Source: Centroscyllium fabricii (taxonomy: Eukaryota). Taken from it: a stretch of DNA of 64,000 nucleotides. The notes beneath the pieces were generated by a model. That model made no database searches. It was not told where the DNA came from and saw only the letters and a program-made list of their open reading frames with translations. A program made the translations under genes and the position numbers. Positions 37,082 to 49,818 of this stretch are shown one piece after another; within the stretch, counting starts at the first letter, position 1; each line of letters opens with the position of its first letter. The stretch spans positions 19,840,001 through 19,904,000 of the forward strand of contig JBNRSN020000017.1 in NCBI GenBank assembly GCA_051313645.2, given 5' to 3'.

Positions 37082-37910
37082 GGGGGCGATTTTTCCAGCC
37101 CTGGGGAGGCGGGTATGGAGGCAGGACTGCCAGGAAAATGGCAGAATTTGGAGGTGGGTGGCAAACCCGCCCCCAAACCGCCTCCATGCCATCTTGCCAG
37201 GAGGTGGGTAGCCGTCCCGTGCCGGGTCCCATCTCCTTGGAGGCGGGAAGGGATTAAAGCTTATTAACCGTCTGTTAACAGGTAGCCAACAGGCAGAAAA
37301 TAGGATTATCCCCATTTTGCCCTCACATGTGCAGGTTTCCCGATGGCCCCAAAACCCAACAGCTCAGTGAGGCAAGTACTGGGTCTGCAGGGGTTGCAAA
37401 AGTGTGGTATGAAGGTAAGTGATGAGTGCAAGAGTGTACAGGTGAGTATCTGAGGTAAGTGCAAAGTGCTTTTAAAAGTGTACTTACCTTTCTTTCTTCC
37501 TGCAGGCTTCAGTCAGTTTCTATGCGGAGTCTCTCGCACCCTCCGTGTTGCAGACGAGAGATATCCGTTGCATTCTCAGATGGAACAAACATTTCAATTC
37601 TGTAAAAGAAAGAAGTTTGATGAGGTCTTGTATGCAAGACCTCATCAAACTGCAGAGATTGTCACTGTTCACAGAGCTGTCAAATGATGACAATTCATCT
37701 GTCAATAAGTTTTGACAGATGACACGTCATACTTTGTGGTGCTCTGCAACCGGCTTTCCCTCAATTGACCTGCTTAGCCCGCTGGGCGGGCTTAACAAGG
37801 GCAATCAAGGGAAAACAGCACGGGCTGGCGACAACTCGATGGAGGCGCGACTGAAACCCAACAAGCAGCAGTCCCGCCTCCAACGCGCCTTCATTCACAA
37901 AACCGCCCCC
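37082..37910. mobile_element. PIF/Harbinger-like MITE
   Basis: TAA|gggggcgatttt ... aaaaccgccccc|TAA, canonical TWA TSD. Confidence 0.85.
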
Positions 37911-38039
37911 TAAGTTACCAGGTTAAGCAGCTTTTCCATCGGAGCTCAACTAACTGTCTGATTCTAAGAGCAGGTCAAGAAATAGCAGCATATTTTACAG
38001 AAACATTTATCTTTCACCAAGGTAACCACAACCAGTAAA

Positions 38040-38628
38040 ACCCTCATCCATGACTTTGTAACCTCTAGACTGGACTATTCCAACGCTCTCCTGGTCAGCC
38101 TCCCATCTTCCACCCTACATAAACATGAACTCATCCAAAACTCTGCTGCCCGTGTCCTAACTCGCACCAAGACCTGTTGACCTATCACCCCTGTGATCAC
38201 TGACTTACATTGGCTCCCAGTCTGGCAACACCTCGATTTAAAAAGTCTAATCCTTATTTTCAAAATCCCTCCATGGCCTTGCCTTTCCCTATCTCTGTAA
38301 CCTCTTCCAGCCCTACAACCCTCCGAGGTGTCTGCGCTCCTCCAATTCTGGGATCATGCGCATCCCCAATTTTAATCGCTCCACCATTGGCAGCTATGCC
38401 TTCAGCTGCCTAGGCCCTACGCTCTGGAATGAACTCCCTAAACCTCTCCACCTCTCTCTCCTCTTTTAAGGCACGCCTTAAAACCTACCTCTGACCAAGC
38501 TTTTGGTCACATGCCCTAATCGCTCCTTATGCTGCTCGGTGTCAAAACAATTTTGAGAACGCTCCTGTGAAGCACCTGGGGATGCTTTACTACGCTGAAG
38601 GCACTATATAAATGCATGTTGTTGTTGT
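38040..38628 (+). mobile_element. L2 LINE 3' fragment
   Basis: LIHDFVTSRLDYSNALLVSLP...IQNSAARVL...HWLP; tail ctatataaatgcatgttgttgttgt. Confidence 0.88.
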
Positions 38629-39511
38629 AAAATAGATCTTCTTGAAGACTAAAAAAGTTTCAGTGTTGTGAACTCGACATTTTAATAGGACCCACACACT
38701 GCTTGAATGCTTCCACAGAAAGGTTAATTTTAAAAATGCAATTATTCTAATCATAGTGCAAGTCTTTATGTAAGCCAAGTACTGGAGAAAGAAAAAACAT
38801 CTTGCTACTCCTACTGTGTCGCTTTTTGCGCTATTCAGTGAATTGCACATACATCAGCATATTGCTGCGTGCCAAGATTAAGGGATTTTACAATTTGAGA
38901 AAATATGTATTCAAGGCATTCATTAAAATTTAATATATTGAGTCCTCAATGATTGAAATAGTCCAAAGCAGCTAACAGGAAATAAACAGCTGCTGCAACC
39001 ACATTAACCATAATTTACAGCTCTATTCTGGACCATATTCACCACAATTTACAGCTCTACTCTGGATTTTTTTAACTCATTATCTTCATTGATATATCAC
39101 AAAGATATTTATTCAGGAGCAATCATCACTTTATATGAGATACAGTATATAATTTCTCCATAAGAGATTGCCATCAGCATTCAATATGAAATCTGGTAGA
39201 GAGAACCAGGCTCTCATCATTCCTACTCTAGCATAAAGCCACATAAGAAACTGTGTCCCTCCAGTGATTCAACTGGTCAATTAATCAGTGTTTTATTGGT
39301 AAACTATACAGGCCAGGGAAGTGGCAGCTTCTATTCCTTGAGTTAACTAATCGCAGCTGGAGCATCACTGGCAGCACTACAACTGGCCACAGCTTCCGTA
39401 GGCTAGGGAGGAGAAAATAAATCAGCCAGGGTTTCTGCTTGATTGTTATCATGGGGTCTTTGCTGGAACAAGTTACTGATACTAAAAGATGCAGATACAA
39501 TATATGTAATA

Positions 39512-39876
39512 CAGGTTGAGCACCGTTAATCCGGACACCGGTAATCCGCTAACTTCAGTTGTCCAGAACGAATCCGGCCGACTGGTCTGCGCATGCGCAA
39601 AATGGCCGCCGCGCTTGCAGGCCTCTCCCCGACTGCCAGACTGGTATGCGCATGTGCGAAATGGCCGCCGCGCTTGGCTGCGCATGCCCGGGCCTCCCCG
39701 AACGATTGATGCTTCGGCAAGCGCATGCGCAGACCATTCAAAATGGCCACAGGCCTTCGTGGCGGCCATTTTGAATGGTCCGCGCATGCGCTCGCCAAAG
39801 CTTCACTCGTTCGGCTTTTTCAGTAATCCGGCATGGGCCTGGTCCCGACCGTGCCGGATCAACGGTGCTCAACCTG
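39512..39876. mobile_element. Tigger/pogo-like MITE, family copy D
   Basis: TA|caggttgagcaccgttaatccgg ... ccggatcaacggtgctcaacctg|TA; interior closest to copy B. Confidence 0.92.
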
Positions 39877-40230
39877 TACTATTTATCTATCACTTTAGAA
39901 AATATGTTCAAGATGCAAATACCTGTAATGGTTTAATCTTCCCTGGGGATTGAGTTCTGCTTCCCAGAGTTGGAAATTTCACTTGAGCTTTGGGTGCTGA
40001 GGATTTTCAGCTCCTGGGACTGATTTTTGTGGGGAAATTCATTGCAGGTATTTCTAAAATTAAACTATTAATTTTTGGGGTAAGCTTAACGATTTTAGCT
40101 AAATTTATTTAATTCTCATTTTTTTTTAAATCAACATATTTGGCTGGGTGAAAAATTATATTGGTGGCTGCAACTGCTTTGGAAGAAAGTAAATTGAGAA
40201 AATGTATTCACAAGTGCGTATAAGGTTAAT

Positions 40231-40986
40231 GGGCCGTAATTTGTGACTCCTACGGGTCCGTACGAGGTGTGCACGCACCCGTAGGGGCCGCGCAGGTACC
40301 GGGTTTAGGCATGCAACGCGCATGTGTGAAAACACGGAACTTGCGAACTATCAAGAATTCTCTTGACAGATGACCCACATCCCCGGGAGAAGGGCCTCCG
40401 TGGGCGGAGTGTTGCCCTATTTGCCCAACTTCGGCCCAGCGAATGCCCTTGAAATTCTTACGCCTGGTAAAAACAAGAGCAAGGCCTGCTTTTACCAGCG
40501 TAAGAGTTTTTTAAAAAAATAGAAAAATAAAATGTTATCATTGATTTATACATTAAAAACCCTGTCCAATAAAGGTAAGCTTATTTTTAGCCCCGATAAA
40601 ATATAAAATTTTCAATTAAATTTGTTTAAATATTTAATTAAATGGCATTTTAATTAATTTTAAATATGTAATTAAAAAAGTCATGTGTTCGTGTATTTTT
40701 TAGGTGATCCCCTTTCATACTTACGGGAGTTCCGCACATATGAAATCCCCATAAGTATGAATGGGGATTCTCCTCCTTTCATTGGTTGGGCCGACCCATG
40801 TGATCCCAGGGGCGCTTGCGAACCGCCTGCACCCCGGGATACGTGGGCCTCTACCTGCGGGTACCCAGAGGGGCCCAGGAGCGCGAATCTACGAACCTCC
40901 CGGACCACCAGGTAAATTCGTAGATTTTTTGTAGGTCGGAGGCATCTGTCCGCTCGTGGGAAGCCTCTGACCGCAAATTTTGGGCC
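40231..40986. mobile_element. Harbinger-like MITE
   Basis: aat|gggccgtaatttgtg ... cgcaaattttgggcc|aat; GC-rich ends around an AT-rich core. Confidence 0.7.
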
Positions 40987-41471
40987 AATTTATCAATATA
41001 GACATTCACCCACCCAAATCACCACACAATTGTATTTTTCCAAGATAGTAGGTGGTCTGACTACAAAGTATTTTTTCCTGTTCAAAAAGAGTCCAAGCTT
41101 TAACCCAATATTCAAAAACAAAGCAACTGCAATTATTCAATGCCAAGTTTCCCATTAGTCTTCAGGGAAAATTTTAATATTTTTTTTTTTGGTGAATTCT
41201 TGTTTGTCAAATGGCCAACAGCAGCATTAAATGAATAAACAGTTTTTCACTGTAAACACCCAGTTTCGACATCGAGCACTCCCAGGCCAGGTGCAGCACA
41301 GTCAGATACACAACAAAACTCATCCCAAAAATGTACTTTAGCTTGAATCTCAGAAGAGCATCCGCTACTACATCAATGCACCATTTCCATTTACCAACAG
41401 CAGACATTCTTACGGCCTTGCTGAGCAAGACTGGCAATTTAGTGCCAAATTACAGAAGATTTGTACTGTGT

Positions 41472-42043
41472 CATAGAGTCAGAGTTACACAGCACAGAAA
41501 GGGGCCCTTCGGCCCATCGCATCCGCGCCGGCCGTCAAGCCCCGTCTATTCTAATCCCATTTTCCAGCATTTGGTCCGTAGCCTTGTATGCTATGGCATT
41601 TCAAATGCTCAGCTAAATGCTTCTTGAATGTTGTGAGGGTTCCTGCCTCTACCACCCTTTCAGGCAGTGAGTTCCAGATTCCAACCACCCTCTGGGTGAA
41701 AAAGTTCTTCCTCAAATCCTCTCTGAACCTCCTGCCCCTTACCTTGAAACTATGCCCCCTTGTTATTGACCCCTCTACTAAGGGGAAAAGTTCATTTCTA
41801 GCTAACCTTTCTATGCCCCTCATAATTTTGTACACCTCAATCAGGTCCACCCTCAGCCTTCTCTGCTCCAAGGAAAACAACCCCAGCCTGTCCAGTCTTT
41901 TTTCATAGCTGAAGCTCTCCAGCCCATGTAACATCCTGGGGAATCTCCTCTGCACCCTCTCCAAAGCAATCACATCCTTCCTATAGTGTGGTGACCAGAA
42001 CTGCACACAGTACTCCAGCTGTGACCTTACCAGCATTTTGTAC
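41472..42043 (-). mobile_element. CR1 LINE 3' fragment (same subfamily as 8068-9306)
   Basis: ORF 41551..42123 QLEYCVQFWSPHYRKD...GYGPNAGKWD is nearly identical to the 8959..9231 product. Confidence 0.95.
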
Positions 42044-42148
42044 CTGTGCTCACTGGGACCTGGGTTGAACCTAACTTCATATAGGCTCCTTGGAGTTGTT
42101 TTTCCATCCCATTCAGGTTCCAAAGAGGAAAAGATCAGTGGTCCAACC

Positions 42149-43922
42149 CAGGGGTATTCAACCTTTTTGCTTCTGAGGTCCCCCGCCCATGTTATAAAAA
42201 TTTCACAAATCCCCTGTCACGCAAGTCAAGTATTTTTTCTGTATAAAAATTCTCTCAGCGCTGCTCCCACTCACCAGGTTGCTGCTGCTATCCCGGCACC
42301 CCAAAAAATATAGGACCCCATGTCCATCTCACTCCTTTTCCTCTACAATAGCCCCAATCACCTGACCCCCAGTTTTCCTCTTTCCCCTGCAACCCCCAAC
42401 TCCCTCACCAACTGTTCCCGGCACATCAGCCGGTCCAAGTTCTCTGCTTGATTGTCAAACAGCCTTTTTCCCTGCCCCCATCTCCAATATTTTTAGAACT
42501 AATAAACAAAAGTATACCATTTTTTTTAAGGCCCGCATGATTTTTCTCCCAAATTGCTGGCAGCAGTGTCCAGATTAATGTTTTATTCCGGGTGTGAACA
42601 AGCAGGTCTGCTTGTGATGCCCTCTCCTTGGTAGAGCAAGACTGCCAACACTCGAGGTATAGGCGCGCAGGTGAAGAATGAATGAGGTTAGGCACCAAAG
42701 CACAGCCAGCACCCTTGTAACTACAGGTTGAGCACCGTTAATCCGGCACCCTCGAGACCAGGCCAGGGCCGGACTACTGAAAATGCCGAACCACTGAAGG
42801 TTCGGGGAGCGCATGCGCAGACTAGTCAAGATGGCCACTGCGCATGCACAGACCAGTCAAAATGGCCGCTGCGCATGCGCAGACCAGGCAAAATTGCCGC
42901 TGCGCATGCGCAGAGCAGTCAAAGCATGAAGGAATGGGATTCGCGGTCCTGGGACTCTCTGGTGCTGCCGGGGAGAGGTTCGCGCATCGCGGGGTGCTGC
43001 TGGGGAGAGGCCCGCGCGTCGCAAGCGTCCCTGGGATCACGTGGGCCGGCCAGCGGGATTCGTGCCGGACCACTGAAGGTGCCGAATTATTGGGTGCCGG
43101 ATTAACGGTGCACAACCTGTATGCTACAGTGCAAGTCAACACTTTGAAGATAGCGGGAGAGAAAATGGCTGGGGGGGGCGGCAGGATTAGACAGTGCAGA
43201 ATATTTAAATGAATTTGAAAACTGTTTCAGTTTTGCTGGCAATGAATGTCAATCCTAATAGTTTCATAATGTTGACATATTCCGCTCCTCTTCCTCCAGG
43301 AAGACAGCGACTCACTGTTTGACCCCAGCAGCTCCTTTCCTCCTTGCAGCTGCCGCTTATTTCCTTGCCCCTTCTTCATTTGATTGACAATCCCGACCGC
43401 GCAAATAACAAAAAAAAATTCTGAATGGGTTACAGTTGTCACTGGTGATGTATGGCACTGAGGGGATTCAGAGAGCGAGGGGTGAAATTAGAAGAGCAAC
43501 TGCCCCAATTAGCCCCGGGGAGGGGAACAACAACCCAAGCAGCGCGGCGTTAGGACAAGTGTGGTGAGGTGATGAAATATACGGCAGGACCTGGCGGTAG
43601 GAGAGCGGAGGACGGAAAGCTCGAGCTGGGGGAGGGGGGGGATCTGCACTCTGCGACCGCCGCCTCTCTCCCTCTTCAGCGAGCAGGGTCCTGGGCTCAG
43701 CAGCTGCTGCCGCCGTCATCACGCAGACATTCGGGAGGGAGGAAACAGAGGTGCGAGTTGGGGCCGGAGCCACCAGTTTGCTCAGCTCGGTCCCACCTTT
43801 ATGCGACGGTGTATTAAAAAAAAATTTTTTTTTTGAAATATGATTTGTTTTATAGAATCCCAGGAGTTATTTGTGGCGGACCTCTTGAAATCTTCTCGTG
43901 GACCCCCAGTTGAGAACCCTTG
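42149..43922. mobile_element. Non-autonomous hAT element (~1.8 kb) containing MITE copy E
   Basis: TIRs caggggtattcaac / gttgagaacccttg; 8-bp TSD gtccaacc / gtctaacc (7 of 8 match). Confidence 0.75.
42724..43119. mobile_element. Tigger/pogo-like MITE, family copy E (opposite orientation to A-D)
   Basis: TA|caggttgagcaccgttaatccggcaccc ... gggtgccggattaacggtgcacaacctg|TA. Confidence 0.9.
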
Positions 43923-44053
43923 GTCTAACCGACTAAGCCTCCCAAAAAGGAGGAAATTTAAAATAATTTCCCGCAAGAGAATTTTTCTGAAACACTTCCA
44001 AAAGGAGTTCAAATAACTGATCATGTGAAGAACCACCAGGGGCAAGTCCATAC

Positions 44054-44191
44054 CTGCATCTCTTTTTCTCCATATTTCTGTGGCTTCCTGCTCCCATGGC
44101 TCTTCCTTCTAATTTTCTTCAGCTCTGCATGGCACTTTTCCAGTGACTCCAGCCTGGCTTTATGTTCGGCTTGATACTTCTTCAATGTTGC
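44054..44191 (-). CDS. BAIAP2: BAIAP2 exon (exon 6 orthologue): [46 protein letters not shown]
   Basis: 138 bp, phase 0/0, ctttag acceptor, gtatgg donor; contains the I-BAR basic cluster (ELKKIRRKS). Confidence 0.96.
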
Positions 44192-45270
44192 CTAAAGGGA
44201 AAAATGTAAACAAAAATAACTCCAACAAAATTGGCAATGGTGGCAATATTACTTTAGCGACAGGAAGGAGGCCTGCCTTTGTTGCGGGATAATAAAGTAG
44301 AATGAACATGCAGTAAAAGGCAAGACTTCATTTTTGTTTAAAGTCAGTCAGTACGCAATTATGGTATTGATTTCAAACTGTTTTTTCAGAATTCATTCAT
44401 GGGATGTGGGCGTCGCTGGCAAGGCCAGCATTTATTGCCCATCCCAATGCTCAATTTTAGTTCAATTCTTCTTCTAATGGTTCCTGACACACTGATCTGT
44501 CAGCTATATATTAGGAGGTTTATCAGTTCACACCCACCAGTAAAATATATGTGTGAGAACCTGTCCTGGCTTTCTGAAACAGACAAAATATGATAAGGCT
44601 TTGGTTTGCCAATAAAAGTAGTCACATCTTGTTCTGTTATCCATTATGCAGTAAGGTTTGAATCCAACAGCTAAAGATAGGAGACTTGAAGGAACAATCC
44701 AAAGAGGCTCCTGTGAAGTGCCTTGGAGCATTTTATTACATTAAAAGGTGCTATATAAATGCAAGTTGCTGTTGTTGGTGTTGAGGCCACCCGGTCCAAG
44801 TAGAGAATTCCATTTCTGGCAGTGGATAGTAAAAACATGCCAGACGCAACAAAAAATAAACTACTGGAAGTGAACTAATTCCTCAAGGCACATAAGCTGT
44901 GTAATGTACAGTTATAAAGATTTTGACTGGCAGCACGAGGAGGTCTTGGAGCTAGCAGCAAACAAAGACTGTCACAAACTGTCTACAAATGTGACTGCAT
45001 TTATTGAAATGGAATTGCCTCTGTAACTTGAGACACTAATGTATAATATCCACCATGACATCTTATTATTTGCATTCATCACTCAAGATTAGTAAATTAG
45101 TATTGTTAATATGTTATACCCAATTTCAAAAGCAGGTTCACTCAGCTCATCGAAACTTAAATTTCTCTGAGTCAATGGTCCGCTTCTGATGCCAGTGATT
45201 CAGACAAACAGAATACAAGTTTTAAAAGGTTGATAAGTCAAGAAAATGCAAAACACACACAAAGCTTACC

Positions 45271-45981
45271 GGGCGCGAAATTGGCGGTCTAGCGCCGGCC
45301 CATTAGCGCCCAAAAATGGGGCGCTACACAATTAGCGCTAGTGCTTGCACCCAGTGCAAAGTTCAGTGGAGCGCTAAGTTGGGGGCTAACTGGGAGCGCC
45401 CCAACGAATTTTGCGCCCAGCTGGCCGATGTGAATGACGTCATAACGTCGCGCAGCGCCTGGGAGGCGCCCACGACTGAAATTGGTCAGCGCCCACTGAT
45501 TTATCGCTGAGCGCTGCCTGCGCCAGCTTTTTCGGGCCGTTAGTGGCGGTCGGCCATTTTTATTCCTGGCCGACTGCCAGCACCTCCCCCTCTGCCTCCG
45601 CCGCTGCTCCCCCGGTGGGGTCAGGCCTCCGGCAACTGAGCCCGGCACTTCCCTCCAGTGCCGGGCTCCTTCTGGCGATTCTCGTCCCACGGCGGCCCCG
45701 CGGGGCTCCAGCCGCAGCCGCGCTAGGCCCCTCCCCTTTAATCGGGGAGGAAGGCCTGCAGTGCCGCGGGCCGCCGCTATGTGCTCCTTGGCGCAGCGAC
45801 CCGCCCGCGCCCCGATATTCGGCCACATCGCACCAAGAGCGAGGGGGCCCGCCTGCTTTAGCGCCCGCCCTCCTATTACTGGCGAATTTCATCGCCAACA
45901 GCACCAGCGAACAGCTGGCGCTAAAAATAGCGCTGCGCTGACGTCAGCGCCACAAAACGTGGGCTGACCAATTTAGCCCCC
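45271..45981. mobile_element. Harbinger-like GC-rich MITE
   Basis: gggcgcgaaattgg ... ccaatttagccccc; agcgcc-rich like 14505-16286; TSD imperfect. Confidence 0.7.
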
Positions 45982-46463
45982 AATGGGTCTTAGAACTCAA
46001 ATGTGTGCCTCTGTTGAGGTATGAATGCCCAACTTTGTCCCTGTGACACATTAACCCAAACATTTTAATTGATAACGTGAATCACATGCTAGCTTACCAG
46101 CAAAATAATACAAAAAAAGCTGCAATGACTGGATTGGATGAAATAATATCACGTCAGCAACTGTGACCTGTGCAAAATTTAATTACAATGTATAAAGCCC
46201 ATCATTCCAGAATGGCACTGCAACAATTCACACTGCAGCAGCTAACAGTACGTCTGCAGCACCTGCCGAAAGCACCTGCTGTGGCAGGAAACTTTTCCCA
46301 AAAGCCAATATGGCAGATCTGAACCAGAATTTTCAGGAGAAGATAGTCCAGCAACCAAAGCAGCCTGAAAAAACTTCCCAAACCACCACTCTTTCCTCAG
46401 AAATGACAGGTGGATAAGGAACATTTTCAAAGCTGTAATTCAACCCTCGAGTTCATAACACTA

Positions 46464-47066
46464 GAGGTTGCGCACCGTTAATTCGGCACGGGCGGGACTA
46501 GGCCTGCGGCGGTATACCAAAAAAACCGGGAGAATGAAGCTGGCAAGTGCGCATGCGCGCACCATTCAAAATGGCCGCGCGCATGCGCACAACATTGGAA
46601 ATGGCCGCCGGAAGTTTTGATCACCTGCAGTGTAGCTGCAGCCGCCCAGAACCCGCCGTGCAAAGATCCCTCGGCTCGGCACGGCTTACCAGGCAGACAG
46701 GATGGGACTCTCTCCCCACCCCACCACACAACCATAAATTGAGGCCCAGGCTGCAGGCCCAGCATAACACTAACAAGTTGGTAGAGCCCGGTCCCGGGCA
46801 TCGCTGAGGGAGTGAGGCCGGAGCGAGCGGCAGATCCTTACCGTTCGGCAGCGCACGAATGAGGAGGCGAAGGTCGGTTCAGCCTCCGGCGGCCGTTTTG
46901 AATGATCTGGGCATGCGCTCGCCGTTCGGCGGCGCATGCGCAGATCATTCGCCGAAGCAACAATCGCGGTGGCCATTTTGCGCATGCGCAGGACAGTTGG
47001 GGCAATTTATGCCGGACGACCGAAGTTGCCGGCTTTTCGGTTACCGGATTAACGGTGCTCAACCTG
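46464..47066. mobile_element. Tigger/pogo-like MITE, family copy F, with a unique interior
   Basis: TA|gaggttgcgcaccgttaattcgg ... ccggattaacggtgctcaacctg|TA. Confidence 0.88.
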
Positions 47067-47228
47067 TATTAGATTACAAGCTTGTAATCAGTTCATGCCA
47101 TCTTTTTATTTTGCATTTGAAAACATACCTTTTTTTTTTACTGTAATATTACATGTTAAAAAGTGAACTGAAAGATTGAGTTTATTCATCAAATGGTGTG
47201 ACAGCACAGAATTCAGTCTGAAACTTAC

Positions 47229-47300
47229 ACTTAAGTACTTGGCATCTAACTCAACCTTCTGCTCCAGTTGCGTAAGCAGCTCACCGTGGAACACTTTCAA
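47229..47300 (-). CDS. BAIAP2: BAIAP2 exon (exon 5 orthologue): LKVFHGELLTQLEQKVELDAKYLS
   Basis: 72 bp, phase 0/0, tttcag acceptor, gtaagt donor; within ORF 47106..47462; matches human LKSFHNELLTQLEQKVELDSRYLS. Confidence 0.97.
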
Positions 47301-47966
47301 CTGAAACAGCAAGAAAACGTCAGCTGTACGATTTACAACATTCAATTTTAATAATGTCAAGAGCACAAGAATCCCCCTGAACACCCACACACAGATACTC
47401 ACACACACCCACGCTGCGGAGACACTGATTGTACTTTGGATCCTCAGATTAATCATGTGCAAGTGATGCTTCCCTCCTCCACCAGTTCAGCTCCTTAAAA
47501 GCTATAATTTTACCACACACACATCACACACACACTCTCTCTCTCTCTCGCTCAACACTAACCAACTTGGATTTTTACCCTGTCAACAGAGGTGCAGATT
47601 GCAACTATGTGGCAGCTCCCTTCCCCTAATCAATAATTGCATCTAATATGGATTATTAAATATATTAAAAGACAACCATTTTGATTCGTACTTGAATAAA
47701 ATAAAACTGCTATACAGCAGGCAGAATTTTAATTTGCTGGCTATATGTCAAACACATTTCTCTCAACAGGCAAATAGGATTTGAACGCAGTTGTGTCTAA
47801 TCTGGCAAAAGTATATTCATTTTTAGCTAGTTCTGCTAAAAAACTATCCCCTTCACAAGAAAAAAATAGGACAGAATTTAATCACTTGACAGAAACGGTC
47901 ACTCATCAGGTACAAGCTCTCGTGAATCAAACCGCGCACTCACACTACCTTAAAAGGAATACTCAC

Positions 47967-48028
47967 CATTTCTTCGAGCTGGATCTGGATTTGCCTGTGG
48001 ACCTCTGCCATCTGGAACAAGACATCCC
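47967..48028 (-). CDS. BAIAP2: BAIAP2/IRSp53 coding exon (human exon 4 orthologue), I-BAR domain: (G)DVLFQMAEVHRQIQIQLEEM
   Basis: 62 bp; ttttgcag acceptor and gtgagt donor on minus strand; near-identical to human IRSp53 GDVLFQMAEVHRQIQNQLEEM. Confidence 0.96.
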
Positions 48029-48389
48029 CTGCAAAATAACAAACTGGAGCTAAAATAACTATGTCTGCCATGTTAGAACTGATGAGTGCAGCATCCACAC
48101 AACATATGAGCAGAATGATTAAGGCAGTTGGAGTCCAAAAAAGGTGCCAATGCTGAACAAAAGTCTAACCAAGAACCTGCAATTTAAACTATGCTCTGAG
48201 CTTTTGTGTTTTAAAAAAAAAAGTTTTTTCACTTAAATTTTCTATTCTCACTCCCAAGTAACTATGACTGCTATTATTGGTCAGAAGGTTACTGGCACAC
48301 AGTCTCCAGGCATCCCCATAGATATCATCAATAGCACTCCAACTGGCTCACTCAGAGGCAAGAGGTTTGCATTTGGAAAGCTGATAAAC

Positions 48390-49204
48390 GGGGGGATTTT
48401 GCTGGAGGTGCGGGAACCCAGCAGGGATTGGTCGGGGCGGGTTCATCACCCGCCCGGCCAAGGGCCTGGGAAGCCCACACTATTTTAGCCGAATGGCTCA
48501 ATTAAATCCCCGCGTGCGGAGTGCCTCTGGCAATTGCAGCAGTCCAGTCGGCAATTACGGCGCCGAATCGGCATTGCAGGAGCCTGTCAGGGAGATGTGG
48601 GAACTGTTTGTTTACAGTTCCCATGGAAACACTCCACTGTGACATCACAGTGGAGTGGGACCAATGGGAGAAGCCAAGTGCTGTTGAGTGACAGGTGGGC
48701 GGGCGGGCTTCAAATCTTTGACAGATAATCTGTCAGTCGAGCTGGGAAGGTAAGTTTTTTACATTTTTGGCCACAGCTGGTGCTGAGACAAGGGAGTGAC
48801 TTACTCCTCCAGGGTGGTGAAGGCCTGGGTAGCATTTTGCTCCAGGTCCTTCAACACCTTGAAGGAGGAAGTTAGCAACACCACTGTGCTCCCGCTGGGT
48901 TTTCACTTGCGGTGTTTCAGGATGGCGGGGTTTGGGTGGGAAGGGGGTGAAAATGGCTAAAGGCCCTTAAAATGGCATTACAGATGCCAATTAAGGGCCC
49001 TTAATGAGCTGACCAAGCATCCCCGCCAGCTGCCGGCGGGAAAGATTCGGGCGGGGGGGACAGGGCAGGGGAAAATCTTAAAGCGGCGGGGATCCGACGG
49101 GGGTGGGGGAGGGGGGGGCGCGGCGGTCGCGACCCACCGGTTCCGCTATTTTCCCATTCGACCCGCTGAAAACCCCGCCTCATGGGGATATGAAAATCTC
49201 CCCC
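48390..49204. mobile_element. Harbinger-like MITE, cluster copy 1
   Basis: ggggggatttt ... aaaatctccccc; colinear with the 52626, 54815 and 59016 copies. Confidence 0.8.
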
Positions 49205-49818
49205 TTAATGTTGCAAATCTAAACCTGCAATTTAAACTGTCCAGAAATGCTCAAAACTAATTGAGGCATTCTTGCCCCTCCCTTTACTGAAGCCGCATTG
49301 TACCCTCACTCAGAATACACATCCCTAAACTGTAATGTTAAGCTCACTCCAATCAAGATATGATATACCACATGTGTAACATCTTGGGGAGGGGAGAGAA
49401 GGGAAAAATCAGGCCTTTATTACAGCACATGCAACAACCATATGGAATGGAACACATTACTGAAAAGGCAGACCAGAAGCTTAAAAAAATATATATATAA
49501 ATATGTAACATGTGAAAATTTATTTAAAATTATGTACAAAGAGTCCAATTCTGGTGGCTTCATTTTAAAATGTTATAGAAATGCTGCTCCAAAGGGCTTT
49601 GCCCAAGTAGTCTGATCCTCAACATACTGGACGACATAGGGACATGAAAGTGATGAAATAAGACACACCTTTAGGATCCTATCCAGAATAACATCAAAGC
49701 TGGTCAGTACAAGTGTGGAAGTAATTACTACGCAGCACCAACAGAACTTGGAAATCTATTCAAGACTAGTAACATAGATACTATTATGGTAGTTTATTGT
49801 GTGTGACATAGTACAGCA

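Noticed and set aside
45271-45981. CpG island or alternative promoter of a host gene
   Set aside because: Bounded by TIR-like ends and similar to another MITE in the window; the CpG richness is explained by the element.
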